Shown: positions 1 to 12,364 of the stretch, in pieces
Position numbering within the stretch: position 1 is the first letter of the stretch
Layout: every line of letters starts with the position of its first letter
NCBI RefSeq assembly: GCF_004010195.1
Contig: NC_057718.1
Span: 54,882,497 to 54,946,496 of the forward strand
Source: Chiloscyllium plagiosum
Taxonomy: Eukaryota
Length of the DNA stretch: 64,000 bases
Direction: 5' to 3'
Translations under genes and position numbers: made by a program
The notes under the pieces: model-generated
What the model saw: only the letters and a program-made list of their open reading frames with translations
Told to the model about the DNA's origin: nothing
Databases searched by the model: none

Positions 1-120
1 CAGAGGAAGTGGTGGAGGCTGGTACAATTGCAACATTTAAAAGGCATTTGGATGGGTATATGAATGGGAAGGGTTTGGAGGGATATGGGCCAACTGCTAA
101 CAAATGGGACTAGATTAGGT
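1..120 (+). mobile_element. CR1-clade LINE (HER1-like) 3' end fragment
   Basis: gaggaagtggtggaggctggtacaatt...aaaaggcatttggatgggtatatgaat...gggccaactgct; the same family occurs at 17890-18325 and 59525-59670. Confidence 0.85.
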
Positions 121-873
121 GCCAAGTGTGAGGTTGTCCATTTTGGAAGAACAAATAAGAATGCGGAATACAGGGTTAATGGTAGGGTTCTTAGTCAGGT
201 GGAGGAACAGAGGGATCTTGGGGTCTATGTACATAGATCTTTGAAGGTTGCCACTCAGGTGGATAGAGTTTGTAAGAAGGCCTCTGGAGTATTATCGTTC
301 ATTAGCAGAGGGATTGAATTCAAGAGTTGTGAAGTGATGTTGCAACTGTACAGGACTTTGGTTAGGTCACATTTGGAGTACTGTGTGCAGTTCTGGTCGC
401 CTCACTTTAGGAAAGATGTGGGAGCTTTGGAGAGGTTGCAGAGAAGATTTACCAGGATGTTGCCTGGAATGGAGAATAGGTCATGCGAGGATAGGTTGAG
501 AGTGCTAGGCCTTTTCTCATTGGAATGGCGAAGGATGAGGGGTGACTTGATAGAGGTTTATAAGATGATCAGAGGAATAGGTAGAGTAGACAGTCAGAAA
601 CTTTTTCCCCGGGCACAACCGAGTGTTACAAGGGGACATAAATTTACGGTGAAGGGTGGAAGGTATAGGGGAGATGTCAGGGGTGGGTTCTTTACCCAGA
701 GAGTGGTGGGGGCATGGAATGCGCTGCCTGTGGGAGTGGCAGAGTCAGAATCATTGGTGACTTTTAAGCGGCAATTGGATAGGTACATGGATGGGTCCTT
801 AAGCTAGGACAAATGTTCGGCACAACATCGTGGGCCGAAGGGCCTGTTCTGTGCTGTATTGTTCTATGTTCTA
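121..873 (+). mobile_element. 5'-truncated CR1 LINE: ORF2 C-terminus and 3' UTR
   Basis: Peptide KCEVVHFGR..ERDLGV-like..LYRTLVRSHLEYCVQFWSP..LERLQRRFTRM..RRMRGDLIEVYK..FFTQRVVGAWNALP; stop at 805-807; tail gggccgaagggcctgttctgtgctgtattgttctatgttcta. Confidence 0.95.
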
Positions 874-2530
874 ACCAGAATTGAAATGTTTTTGGACCCA
901 CAGAGACCCAAATCACAATAGCAGACGGCATATTAGATTACTTACAGTGTGGAAGCAGGCCCTTCGGCCCAACAAGTCCACACCGACCCTCTGAAGAGCA
1001 GCCCAACCAAACCCATTCCCCTACACCTAACACTATGGGCAATTTAGCATGGCCAATTCACCTAACCTGCACATTTTTTGACTGTGGGAGGAAACCGGAG
1101 CACCCGGAGGAAACCCATGCAGACACTGGGAGAATGTGCAAACTCCACACAGACAGTTGCCTGAGGCGGGAATTGAACCTGGGTCTCTGGCGCTGTGAAG
1201 CTGCAGTACTAACCACTGTGCCACCGTCCCCATATTGTTATGGGGACCAAGAGCGCTTGTTCAAGCAAAGGTCACTGCCAGAAACTGGATGAACTCCACC
1301 AGGGTCATCCAGGAGTTTCCAAAATGAATATATTGGTGAGAATGTATGTCTGGTGGTCAGGATTGGATGCAGACATAGCTGTGTTGGCAGTGTCGTGCTT
1401 AGACCGCCAGTAAGGACAAAAATTACCGCCAGAAGCTCCCCCACAATCATGGAAGTGCTGGATAAACCCTGGACTCAGATACACATTGACTATGCTGGGC
1501 CTTTCGTGTGCTCAACATTTTTAATCATTGTGTATGTCCATTCAAAGTGGCTGAACATGCATGAAGTTCTTTCGTCAAATACGGGGACAACGATAGAAAA
1601 ACTGCGCACATCTTTTACAATACAAGGACTCTTGGAAGTGTTGGTCACAGATAACAGGCCATCGTTTACCAGCAGGAAATTTGAGTATCTCCTAAAATTG
1701 AATGGCATTTGACATATATGGACAGCTCTATACCATTCATCGTCCAATGTTCTGGCAGAAAGACCAATCTAAACTTCAAAGGCAGGTTTCAAGATACAGT
1801 CTACAGCTTCACCAAATACCAAACTTTCCAGGTTCTTTTTTGATCATAGGACCACCCCCTCATGAAATGACAGGGATAGGTCATGCAGAGTTGCTAATGG
1901 GAGAATATGCTGCAGCAGGTTAAATCTGGTCTCACATATGGGGGAGGGTGAAACAGCATCAGGAGAGCCAGTGTTTGACATATGACTCCGCTAAGCGAGA
2001 GAGATAGTCAGGGGGAAAAGGTTGGTGTAGGAGCCATGGGGAAGACCCTGCATAGGTAAGAGGCATGGTTGATGCGAGGTTATGTCCAGTGATATATAAA
2101 GTTTGGAAGGTGCAACGATCCTGAACAAGCACATGGACCGTATGAAAGCAGCGGACTCTCAAATGATGCGGGAGCAAAACGTATCCGACTCCTCAACAGC
2201 CTCTCTGGCTGTTCTGGAGCCTGTTGGTTCTCCTTCTCAGTCAAGCATTCAAGATACCTTGGAAACTGAGATGGATATGTTAGGATGTTGTCGCCTCAGT
2301 GCTTTGCCGCCTGAAGAAGGGAATGAATTTCTTGCAAGACATTCCGGACGCAAGAGGCAAGCTACCATACATTCCACACTCCCTGTATCAGAGGCAGACC
2401 CAATGCTAAATTGCCCCAGGAGGAGCTATAAAAAAAAGGGTCTGGCCTCTGTCTTCAGAGGTGGAAGAATGCAGTGATTGTGACAAGGTCAGTCAGGTGG
2501 GCCTCATAGAATATGTGTTTCCTGGATAAG
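874..2530 (+). mobile_element. Ty3/Gypsy LTR retrotransposon remnant (integrase, 3' region, start of 3' LTR), interrupted by a V-SINE
   Basis: Integrase core PWTQIHIDYAGPF..LIIVYVHSKW..GLLEVLVTDN..FTSRKFEY; colinear with 29370-30640; purine tract then LTR start tgcagtgattgtgacaagg at about 2470. Confidence 0.9.
934..1230 (-). mobile_element. HE1/V-SINE (tRNA-derived)
   Basis: Reverse strand has a tRNA-like head (gtggcacagtggttag..ggttcaattcc), the V-domain (gtgtggagtttgcacattctcc..ggtgctccggtttcctcccaca) and a CR1-type tail; catatt flanks both sides. Confidence 0.95.
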
Positions 2531-2539
2531 GACTACATA

Positions 2540-2640
2540 GTAATAAAACAGGAAGTGCTGGAGAAGCTCGGCATGCCTGACAACACATATGGACAGAGAA
2601 ATATAGTTAATGTTTGAGTTCAAAATGATACATCTTCAGA
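2540..2640 (-). mobile_element. PLE terminal-repeat fragment (family C), degenerate hammerhead
   Basis: Similar to 52715-52850 and 13055-13250. Confidence 0.6.
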
Positions 2641-3170
2641 ATTTTGAAAAAATGCTTCCTCTTGTAGGAGCATCTGGAACCAGGAGTCACTGTTTAAGAA
2701 TTATGGGACACCCATTTAAGACAGGAATAAGCAAAATTTATTTCTCCCAGAATGTCGTTGGTCTGTTACTCTGTTCCCCAAAAGAAGTGCAAGGTGGTAG
2801 AAGCAGAGTCTTTGAATATTTTTAAGGCAGAGGTAGATTGTGGATGAGCAAAGAGGTGAAATGTTAGTGAAGATAGGCAAGAAGATGGTGTAACCAGATG
2901 AAAATGTGTTGCTGGAAAAGCGCAGCAGGTCAGGCAGCATCCAAGGAGTAGGAGAATCGACGTTTCGGGCATGAGCACTTCTTCAGGAATGAAGAAGGGC
3001 TCATGCCCGAAACGTCGATTCTCTTGCTCCTTGGATGCTGCCTGACCTGCTGCGCTTTTCCATCAACACATTTTCAGCTCTGATCTCTAGCATCTGCAGT
3101 CTTCACTTTCTCCTAGGTGTAACCAGATGAACTATGATCTTATTGAGTTGCAGAGCACACTTCTGCTTCT
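2641..3170 (+). mobile_element. CR1 LINE 3' fragment interrupted by a PLE hairpin insertion
   Basis: EKMLPLVGASGTRSHCLRIMGHPFKT..YFSQNVV; continuity restored across the TSD at 2887-2902/3116-3131. Confidence 0.8.
2903..3115. mobile_element. Self-inverted mini-PLE (family A) with hammerhead motifs
   Basis: About 85-bp near-perfect inverted arms; 16-bp TSD ggtgtaaccagatgaa; minus strand reads ctgaaga-a-gtgc-tcat-gccc-gaaa-cg-tc. Confidence 0.85.
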
Positions 3171-3399
3171 AATTAAAATGTTTGCATGTGTACTTTGCAT
3201 TGTTTATATAATAGATGTGACAGGTTTAGAAGGTGCTATCAAAGGAACCTTGGTGAATTACTGTAGTGCAATTTGTAGATGGTACTCCGTGCAACCATAG
3301 TTCGTTGGTGATAAGGAAGTGAATAGTAAGGTGATGAATGGGGCACTAATCAGTCAGCTTTGTCCTCCGATGCTTTACAGGACCCAAGATCAGACATCT

Positions 3400-3890
3400 T
3401 TGATACAAAAAGCATATAAAGAATTATTAACTAATTAAAAGAAGGGCCAAACATGTGGGTTTTAAGAGGCACTTTAAAGGAGAAGTGCGACAGTGAGCTT
3501 TAGGAAAGAAATGCAGAGTTAGCACCTAGTCGGCTGAAAGTATGGCCACCAATGATGGGCAATATTATGGGAATGTGCAAAAGGCAGCAGTTGGAGGATC
3601 ACAGAGATCTTAAAAATCACATAACATTAGGTTATAGTCCAGCAGGTTTATGTGGAAGCACTAGCTTTTGGAGCACTGCTCCTTCATCAGGCAACGCTGT
3701 GAAAACTAGTGCTTCCAAAAAAATCTATTGGGCTATAACCTGGTGTTGTGTGATTTTTAACTTTGTGCACCTCAGTCCAGCACCATCTTCTCTAAATTAC
3801 AGAGATCTTGGAGAACTCTGGACAGAAGGAGTTTAAAAAATATGGAGGGACAATGTATGCAGGGGTTTGAACGAGGACAGCATTTAAATT
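3400..3890 (-). mobile_element. L2-like LINE 3' fragment interrupted by a PLE hairpin
   Basis: Degraded LINE 3' sequence resembling 45600-45780; split by an 11-bp TSD. Confidence 0.5.
3612..3798. mobile_element. Self-inverted mini-PLE (family B) with hammerhead motif
   Basis: Inverted arms; 11-bp TSD acagagatctt (3601-3611/3799-3809); identical family to the terminal repeats of the GIY-YIG element at 41120-43245. Confidence 0.85.
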
Positions 3891-6700
3891 AATAGATGGC
3901 CAAACTGACATATGAGACATTAATTTTTGAAGCTCCTGACGTAGCATGTTCAAGATGATTTTGGTAGATTATTTCATATTTTGCACCCATACCAATACCA
4001 TGGTTGAAGGGGTAGGCAGGTGACTTCCTTGTAGGCATACCTCATTGTTATTTCTGAACTGACATTTAGGTGATATCGCCAGAGGGGCAAAAAGATGCTG
4101 TTTGTTTTAACAAAATCACTGCAGTAAAGGTACCTTCTCTGCACTAAATGTGCATTTTAATTGCATTGGATAATTAGATGTTCAAATCACCTTTTTTGAC
4201 TGCCTTCCTGATTTTTCAGCTAGTATATAATATACAGGTAGGTTAACTTATACAATTTCCACAGCTTCAGGTTCTTCTCTCAGATTCATATTCATTGAAA
4301 TGGTAAAGAATCTTTCATTTTTAAGTCCATGTAATGACAGAGTAAAAACTAAGCTATTTTCTGTAACCAGAAATGGAAACTTCATAGTTTAATATTCAAT
4401 CCACTGTGCCTTTGGCCCATTAACTTTGGACAGCTATTAGTCTGTACTTGACCTAATCAATAAAATATACTTCAGTTAGTGCTTAGAATTCCTATTAGTG
4501 CTGCGTTAGGCCTTTATATCTGTTCTCTGTCCAGAGATATCTAAGTTATTTTCACGAAGTGTCAAAAGCTGTGTGACTGTTGAAGACACCTGACACTTTT
4601 AAAGTCAAAGCTTTAAGTGGAGGAATGATAATGATGATTGGAAAATAAGGCTGATAGTAAGAAAACAAGATCAATCATCTTAAACACGAAGAGCAGCTGC
4701 TTGTGTCTTACGTATGTGACATTTGGTTCTGAAAGCTCCTGGTCACACCCAGAAACTAGCAGCTGCTGGCATTGTGATTATACTGGGGGACTTCTGGAAT
4801 GCATGTTGCTCCATCTGGTTATGTCCACAAATCTCCAGAGTTTAATAATGCTCTTTTATATTGTACTATAAATCTCTAACTAAGATTGAAGCCAATTTGG
4901 ACTCCTGGAATATTTGTTACTCAGAATGTTTTGTATTCCAAACACATATCAGACTCAGCAGGCTTGCCTGAACCCATCTCCACATTTGCCGTTGCTCAGA
5001 ATGGAGATCAAAAATTCCCTTTGGATTCTAGGAATCTATCACACATGGACTTTGCAGTCATTCTTGCTTTTATTTCCTTCTCCAAAAAGAGAGAAGGAAA
5101 TATTAGATTAAATATGAATTTATATTTAAGCAAGGCTGTTTAATCACTGGAGCAATGGTCAGTGAACGTCATTAACGTACAAGTCATCTGTGTAACAACT
5201 AACAAAAGCTGCTTAAGTGTTAGAAAATGCAAGGTAATAAATTAGCAGATGGAGTATAAGATTAATGGAAAAATGCTTACTTATATCCATCCACTCTTTC
5301 ACTGATGCAGTGCCAATGCAGTATGTACAATTTACAGCATGCACTGAAACAAATCACTCAGGTTACTTTGACACAGCTTAATTTCAAGCCCCCTTCCCCC
5401 ACCTACCAAAATCTCTTGCAGGGGGAAGAGTAACAGTGTCATGGAAATAACTTTGCTTCTGAGTTACTCATCATTCAGACTTTACTTCCATCCCTTTGCT
5501 CTTGTTAAGTTGCTATCCTATATTCCATTGTGAGAGCACTGCCAGCGCAAGAATACTTCTTATTCTTTCATGGGGAGAGCTAGCATTTGTTGCCCAACTC
5601 TAATTACTCTTGAGAATGTGGAGCTTTGCAAAGAGAAGGACAGTCATCACTTTCTCCGTTCAGTAATACTAGGCAATAAATCGGGCATTGTCAGTGTTTC
5701 CCAAATGCCAAGATCCAAGTATTCAAACAAAATCTCATTGTTTCCCTTTGTCATTCAGCTGGGAACAAAACATGTTCTCGCTGTCTATTGACAAACTTCA
5801 GCCAGTTATTCTCTGAACTGATACATTTGTGACATCATTCTTTCCAGTGTTGAGAAATCCCAGATGTATTCTAACGAATTCAAGCATAGGTGTTTTATTT
5901 TTTAAAATCCAATTAAGTTTCCAAGTAGAACAGGAATTGATTTCATTAGAGACTGTTGAAATGTTAGAAAACTTTTGTTTAGAAATGGTACTTCAATGAA
6001 ATTATTGAAAGGTTACAATGCTTTTCCTGTTTAAACAAGTTCAGTAATTACTGCACTGCATTTTGAAACAAATGGCAGATTATCCAGCAAAACAACAGTT
6101 GCAGGTTAGTAACAGAGTATTGTGACTGAATTTAAAATGTTCTCATGCTGGGCCTTCTGATATTGTCATTACAGCTCGCTGGGAAGTTATCATTGAGGCT
6201 ATTGAAATTTGATCAGATTTTTGAATTTCTTGATTAGTGTTTTCTCTGAGTTAGCTCAGATGAAAGCAGCAGTTCAGACAATACACTTATCTTCAGTAAC
6301 TCTGTGCTTCAATGGATAAAATTTACAAGGACCGCTACATCGGAAGATTGTGCAGCAATGTCCGTCTGCTGCACCTGTTGTGTAAAACACTTTGATAGAT
6401 ATTGGTTGGGAACCGAATTATAGCCAAGAGTGATGTTTCATATTTGAATAGCTCACCAGCCTTTATTGCTTACACATGAAGATGATCACATACTAAGGGA
6501 ATGAATGGTACCTGTAACCTGTAAATGTAAATGGATCCTACAGAAAGGAATAATAAGAAAATAAAACAAGAAGGGCACGTATTTACGCATTGTATAAAAT
6601 AATTCATAATTTATGAAGTAAATAAAAGCAGTAACTCCAAAACCAGTGGTTTATTTTTAAATATACTTTTTATTCTTCCTCATAATCTGACATCAATGGA

Positions 6701-7305
6701 CATAGGAAGATACAGACTAAGAGCGGGAGTAGGAATCCGTGGAGCCTACTCCACCTTTGAATAAGATCATAACTAATCTGATTGCAGCTAAACTCCACAT
6801 TCTCATCAATAACCTTTGATTCTCTTGGTAGTCAAGAATCTATCTACTTCTACCTTAAAAATATTCAATGACTCTGTCTCCATCATTCTCTGGGAAAGAG
6901 AGTACCAAAGACTCTCAACCATGTATGCAAAAGATCTTCTCCTCATCACAATGGTAGAAAATCCCTTATTTTTAAACAATATATGTCCCTTAGTTCTCGT
7001 CCCTCCTACAAGAGTAAACATCCTTGATGCATTCAGGATCTTAGATGATTCTCAGGACCTTATATATCTTAATAAGATTATCTCTTATTCTTCTAAATCT
7101 CAAAGGATACAGGAACTGCCACACCACAATATTATGCAGACAGTCCAGTCTGTCCAAACTTTCCTCATAAAATAAACTCCTAATCCCTCAATCCCAAGTA
7201 TCAGTTGAGTAAACCTTCTCTGAATATTTTCTAATGCATTTGTATCTTTTTTTTAAATAAGGAGACCAAACCTATGCTCAATGCTCCAGATGTGGTCACA
7301 ATAAT
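6701..7305 (-). mobile_element. CR1 LINE 3' fragment
   Basis: Minus-strand peptide MFTLVGGTRTKGH..VESLWYSLSQ..SLNIFKVEVDRFL. Confidence 0.85.
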
Positions 7306-7318
7306 GACCTGTACAATT

Positions 7319-7625
7319 AGATTCGATTCCCTACAGTATGGAAACAGGCCCTTCAGCCCAACAAGTCCACACTGACCCTCCGAAGAGTAACCCACCCATG
7401 ACCCATTCCCCTACTAATGCACCTAACACTACGGGCAATTTAGCATGGCCAATTCACTTGACCTGCACATCTTTGGATTGTGGGAGGAAACCGGCGCACC
7501 CGGAGGAAACCCACGCAGACACAGGAAGAATGTGCAAACTCCACGCAGACAGTTGTCCGAGGCTGGATTCGAACCCGAATCCCTGGCGCTGTGAGACAGC
7601 AATGCTAACCACTGAGCCACCGTGC
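7319..7625 (-). mobile_element. HE1/V-SINE
   Basis: Full tRNA head, V-domain and tail; 13-bp TSD gacctgtacaatt (7306-7318/7626-7638). Confidence 0.95.
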
Positions 7626-8315
7626 GACCTGTACAATTGTACCAAAATAAAGAAAATAATAATTTTAAAGTTGATAGGAACTATTTTTAGGAAAAGTATA
7701 ATTTCTTATTGAATTTCTTATTTTTTCTATCATTTACTTTTAAATTTTTATTGTATGGTAGATAAATTATTTGAGGTGGTTGGAATATCACGTGTGAATT
7801 ATTCAAAACACTGCAAGAAGAATGGTGCAATGACCTGATGTGCTTATGATGTAACAGGGCTTTCACTGTGGAATGGAAGTTAGTGACTCAAACTATTCAT
7901 TGCTAGAATGGGAAATATTGATCTTGGATTCAAGACCTTTTTGTTTAACCATTGTTACAATTCAGAAACAGACACCCAAATCGAATCAGCCTTCCTACCT
8001 CTGTATTCGCAACATAGAAAAATTAGAATATTCAGTGAGCCTCCATGTTGACCCCAAAATTGTTCCTGAGCAGAATTTTTCTAAATAACCAGTGCCAGAC
8101 TTTGTGAATAATCGACATTAGACACCAAGTTTACAGCTTTAAAAAAGATGTAACAACTTATTAATAATAACAGAGCAAAGTGAAACAATAAGGTAATCTA
8201 ATTAATGTCTACAATGTGAACCCAATAACCTTTGTTGTCAGCCCCATTCACACAAAAAGCTGGCAGAGAAACAAATACAGTTGAGAGATAAATTAAAAGA
8301 AAAATAACAAAACTT

Positions 8316-8430
8316 GATAAACATATGGATAATAATGGAATAGTGTAGGTTAGATGGGCTTCAGATTGGTTTCACAGATCAGCGCAACATCGAGGGCCGA
8401 AGGGCCTGTACTGCGCTGTAATGTTCTATA
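8316..8430 (+). mobile_element. CR1 3' tail fragment
   Basis: gcgcaacatcgagggccgaagggcctgtactgcgctgtaatgttcta, as at 820-873. Confidence 0.8.
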
Positions 8431-9324
8431 AAACTGGTTAGATTACTGAAGCAGTTTACACGCTATACTGATTCATGGGTGTATAGGTTTTCTGAAGACA
8501 TCAATCAGTGCCACCTTTCCCGTTCACTCTGGAGATTCAGTAACACTTTTAACTTAGTTTCTATTTTCTGAAATTCCAATAGCTGACAATTGAAGGATAG
8601 ATAGGGAACTTTCAAATCTTCATGCTGTAACAATAACCAAACTTCTTGCAAAATGCCCCCCCTCCTCAGTTCAAGCACTTCAAAAAATCTCTGGCCCTGC
8701 TCTCTGTTTGATCATCATGTTCTCTCCCAGACTTACTGAAACCAATTTCCAGATTTTCACCTCATTAGTGGCCAAACATCTACTGTCTGTTTAAGCATAC
8801 TATCACTCCACAGTCGAAGAGTCTATGGATTTTTAATCAAGAACAATCTGTAATTAACTTTCAACCTGGCTTCAAAAGCAATTAATAGCTTGTTTGTTCT
8901 CTTAACACAAATGCTGCTCATAATCCAAAGGTTTCCTCTAAGTTCGCCGTTTGTAGTTCACAGCTCTAAACCAAAATTAATTAAAAATGTAAAAATGCAA
9001 ATAATAAAAAAATCAGTGAGAATTCTAATGTCATGTCTAGCTATTACAGATCGGCAATCTGGTAGTAGGCAGTATTTAGTTGTTGATTTTATGATATAAC
9101 TGAGGAGACAGGTAAAAGAGGAAAATGGTTAGAGTTTAAAATTCATTGACACCCATTCTCAGGTACACGGCTATGACTTTGGTCTGCCTGTGGCAATTCC
9201 TATTACAGTAAGTCAAGGACAGACTTCATCTGACTTGTCTTTTGTATAATTCCAACATGACCCACACCCCTTGCTTGACGGCATGCTCAAAAGGGGGTTA
9301 AAGAGTTTTAAGGCTGGCACTTTC

Positions 9325-9775
9325 CAGTGATGTGACACAGTGGCTCAATGGTTATCACTGTTGCCAGGGACCCGGGATCGATTCCAGCCTCAGGCAACTT
9401 TCTGTGTGGAATTTGTACATGCTCCCTGTGTCTGGGTGGGTTTCTTCCGGATGCTCTGGTTTCCACTCACAGCCTAAAGGTTTGCAGGTTAGATGGATTG
9501 GCCATGCTAATTGCCCATAGTGTCCAGGGATGTGCAGGATAGGTGGATTACCCATGGGATTCCTGAAGAAGGGCTCATGCCCAAAACGTCGATTTTCCTG
9601 CTCCTTGGATGCTGCCTGACCTGCTGCACTTTTCCAGCAACACATTTTCAGCTACCCATGGGAAATGCAGGGTTACAGGGATATGGGTTTGGTTAGGATG
9701 CTCTTTGGAGAGTTGGTGTGAGTTTCATAGGCTGCATGGCCTGCTTCTACACTATAAGAATTTTATGATTCCATG
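9325..9775 (+). mobile_element. V-SINE (older subfamily) containing a PLE family A insertion
   Basis: tRNA-like head, V-domain and CR1 tail; split by TSD tacccatggga. Confidence 0.9.
9560..9652 (+). mobile_element. PLE family A terminal fragment with hammerhead motif (GAAA changed to AAAA)
   Basis: ctgaaga-a-gggc-tcat-gccc-aaaa-cgtc; 11-bp TSD tacccatggga. Confidence 0.8.
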
Positions 9776-11463
9776 AGTCTTCAACTGGCCTCCAGCTTAT
9801 AAAGGCCAACTTCATTCTTAAATGGAAGCTACATTAATTGAAAGGAGACTGTTGCTGATTGATTGTGCCGCAATTGCAGATTAGGATCATGGAGCACCAA
9901 GACAGAGAGATTCATGACTGTGGAACTGGATGCTTTGGTTGTGGAGCTGAACAGGTGGTAAGGAACTATTTTTTTTTCAGGTCAGGAAGCCTGGAACAGG
10001 TGACCAAGGTGATCAACTTCCAGAGTCTGACCTCCAGGACCTGGTATGAGCATCACAAGAAGTTTACTAACTTTCAAGCTCAGTAAATACATCTTCAGAG
10101 GACATCTTCACCTAATATATCATCATGGACCTCCTGTTTTACACCCTAGCTAACTTTCTCCAGCGTGGTACCTACATATATTGCATAGATTCTGTTCACT
10201 ATGGAGCCATATTTTACAGTCAGGTCTCTGAATATTAGTTTGCCATTCATGCTATCACCACCACCCAACAATCTACCCAGCTAATGACCGGCCATTTGCC
10301 CCAAACATTCCTGAAGCCAGTGATATGTTTGCTCACCTCAAGAGCCATGGGTTCTATCTTGGATCTTTGCCCACAAAGTCTTTCATGCTGATAACGAGAC
10401 CAGAGATCTAATATGGGGTGCACTTTGAATGTTACCGTTTAAATCAGTGATTGTATCCTGCATACCCTTATTTCTAAGCTTATGTGTTAACACTGTCTCT
10501 CACTTCAGTTGGTTTCATGTTCTATTTTAAAGAAAACCTTTGGCCGTATTGAATATTGTGGACAAAATGTTCTTTTTTCAGAGTACTGTAAAGTCACTAC
10601 AGCTTCTTGATGAGCAACATGTACTAACAGTTTCATATCACTGAATGCAACTAAGGTTTCTCAACACAACATCTTTGACATCATTCATTTCATCTGGTTG
10701 CTGATGATTGATGCAGTAGGACCTTAGTGTGATGTGGAGTTGTTTGCAGCTACAGGCACTCCACCCTTCCAGCTGCAGGAAATCATGCTGAAGCAGGATG
10801 TCCCGTGAGGAAAACACTGGATGAAAAGCAAGCAAAACATTTCTCTTTACCCTTAGTGAAAGTGACTAAGGTCTACAGAAAACTTGCATATTTAGGAGTT
10901 TTACATCTTGGCAATAGATTTTAATTTACATTTTTGAAAAAGGGAAGACTTGCATTTATACAGCAGCTTTCACAAATAAAACATATCCCCAACCTTCTTG
11001 AAAGTGGTGAAAATGTCCAATCAATATTCAACTGTCATTATTTGATTTTAAAACCTGAGACTTTGATGAACTAAAAGTGATTTTGAAAAGGGCAATTATG
11101 ACATATAATGGCTGCAGTGATCACCTGACAAGTCTAGGCAACCCACATGGAAATATACAACACAGGCTGCATCAAAATTTACCATTTTAGCCAAGAGGTC
11201 CTGAGACTCAGTGAGGCATCAAAAAGATCACGTTGCTTGTTTTCCTCACACTTCTATGATGCATATAATGACTGATGAAAGTTTGCCTGTACCTACCAGC
11301 TTGAAATCCACAATAGAACTGTTTATCAACAGAGGCCTTTCAGCAGCAAAGGATGAGAGACAACATTGTGGAATCATAATGGTAAGAATAAGAAAGCTCT
11401 TCTATCCTTATCTGAACCTCACAAAAAAAACCACACACAGTGAATAGGTAACTTGAAGCAACT

Positions 11464-11676
11464 TTCTGGATTAGTGGTGCTGGAAGAGCACAGCAGTTCA
11501 GGCAGCATCCGAGGAGCAGTAAAATTGACGTTTTGGGCAAAAGCCCTTCATCAGGAATCGGCTTTTGCACGAAACGTTGATTTTACTGCTCCTCGGACGC
11601 TGCTTGAACTGCTGTGCTCTTCCAGCACCACTAATCCAGAATCTGGTTTCCAGCATCTGCAGTCTTTGTTTTTACC
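11464..11676. mobile_element. Self-inverted mini-PLE (family A variant)
   Basis: About 80-bp inverted arms; 14-bp TSD aacttgaagcaact (11450-11463/11677-11690); minus strand reads ctgatga-a-gggc-tttt-gccc-aaaa-cgtc. Confidence 0.85.
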
Positions 11677-11811
11677 AACTTGAAGCAACTGTTCAGTGAG
11701 AATTCAAGATCTACAAACCATGCCAGTGCTGATGAAACAAGGCAGTAGTCTGGGCTCAGTCTTAAAATCCAGCATCTTAAGGATACTTCAAACTTCAATG
11801 TCTTTATCTGT

Positions 11812-12127
11812 GGGCGGCACGGTGGCACAGTGGTTAGCACTGCTGCCTCACAGCGCCAGAGACCCGGGTTCAATTCCCGCCTCAGGCGACTGACTGTGTG
11901 GAGTTTGCACGTTCTTCCCGTGTCTGCGTGGGTTTCCTCCGGGTGCTCCGGTTTCCTCCCACAGTCCAAAGATGTGCAGGGCCAGGTGAATTGGCGAAGC
12001 TAAATTGCCCGTAGTGTTCGGTAAGGGGTAAATGTAGGGGTATGGGTGGGTTTCGCTTCGGTGGGTCGGTGTGGACTTGTTGGGCTGAAGGGCCTGTTTC
12101 CACACTGTAATCTAATCTAATCTAATC
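11812..12127 (+). mobile_element. HE1/V-SINE, young full-length copy
   Basis: CpG-rich tRNA head with A/B boxes, V-domain, tail ending in (taatc)n. Confidence 0.95.
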
Positions 12128-12364
12128 TTGCTGTCTGTATAAAGAATCCCCTTTCAAGCTTATTACCTGTACTGTGTTTAAGGCCACATTTTAATTATTT
12201 GCTGGGGAGTAGAAATTGCTCATTCTTCCACTCAAGAAAAGCTTGGAATTGCCTTCTTCATTTGGATCTAGGTTCCCCCAAATTTTACTTGAAGTATGAT
12301 ACCTGCTGCTTGTTATGACCAACTGGGAAGGAGTTTAAAAAAAAGAGGGGAGACAGTCAACCCT

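Noticed and set aside
64..807. 247-aa ORF as a host gene
   Set aside because: It is the C-terminus of a truncated CR1 ORF2; the ATG comes from an adjacent, different LINE tail.
11812..11890. tRNA gene
   Set aside because: It is the tRNA-derived head of a V-SINE and continues into the V-domain and LINE tail.
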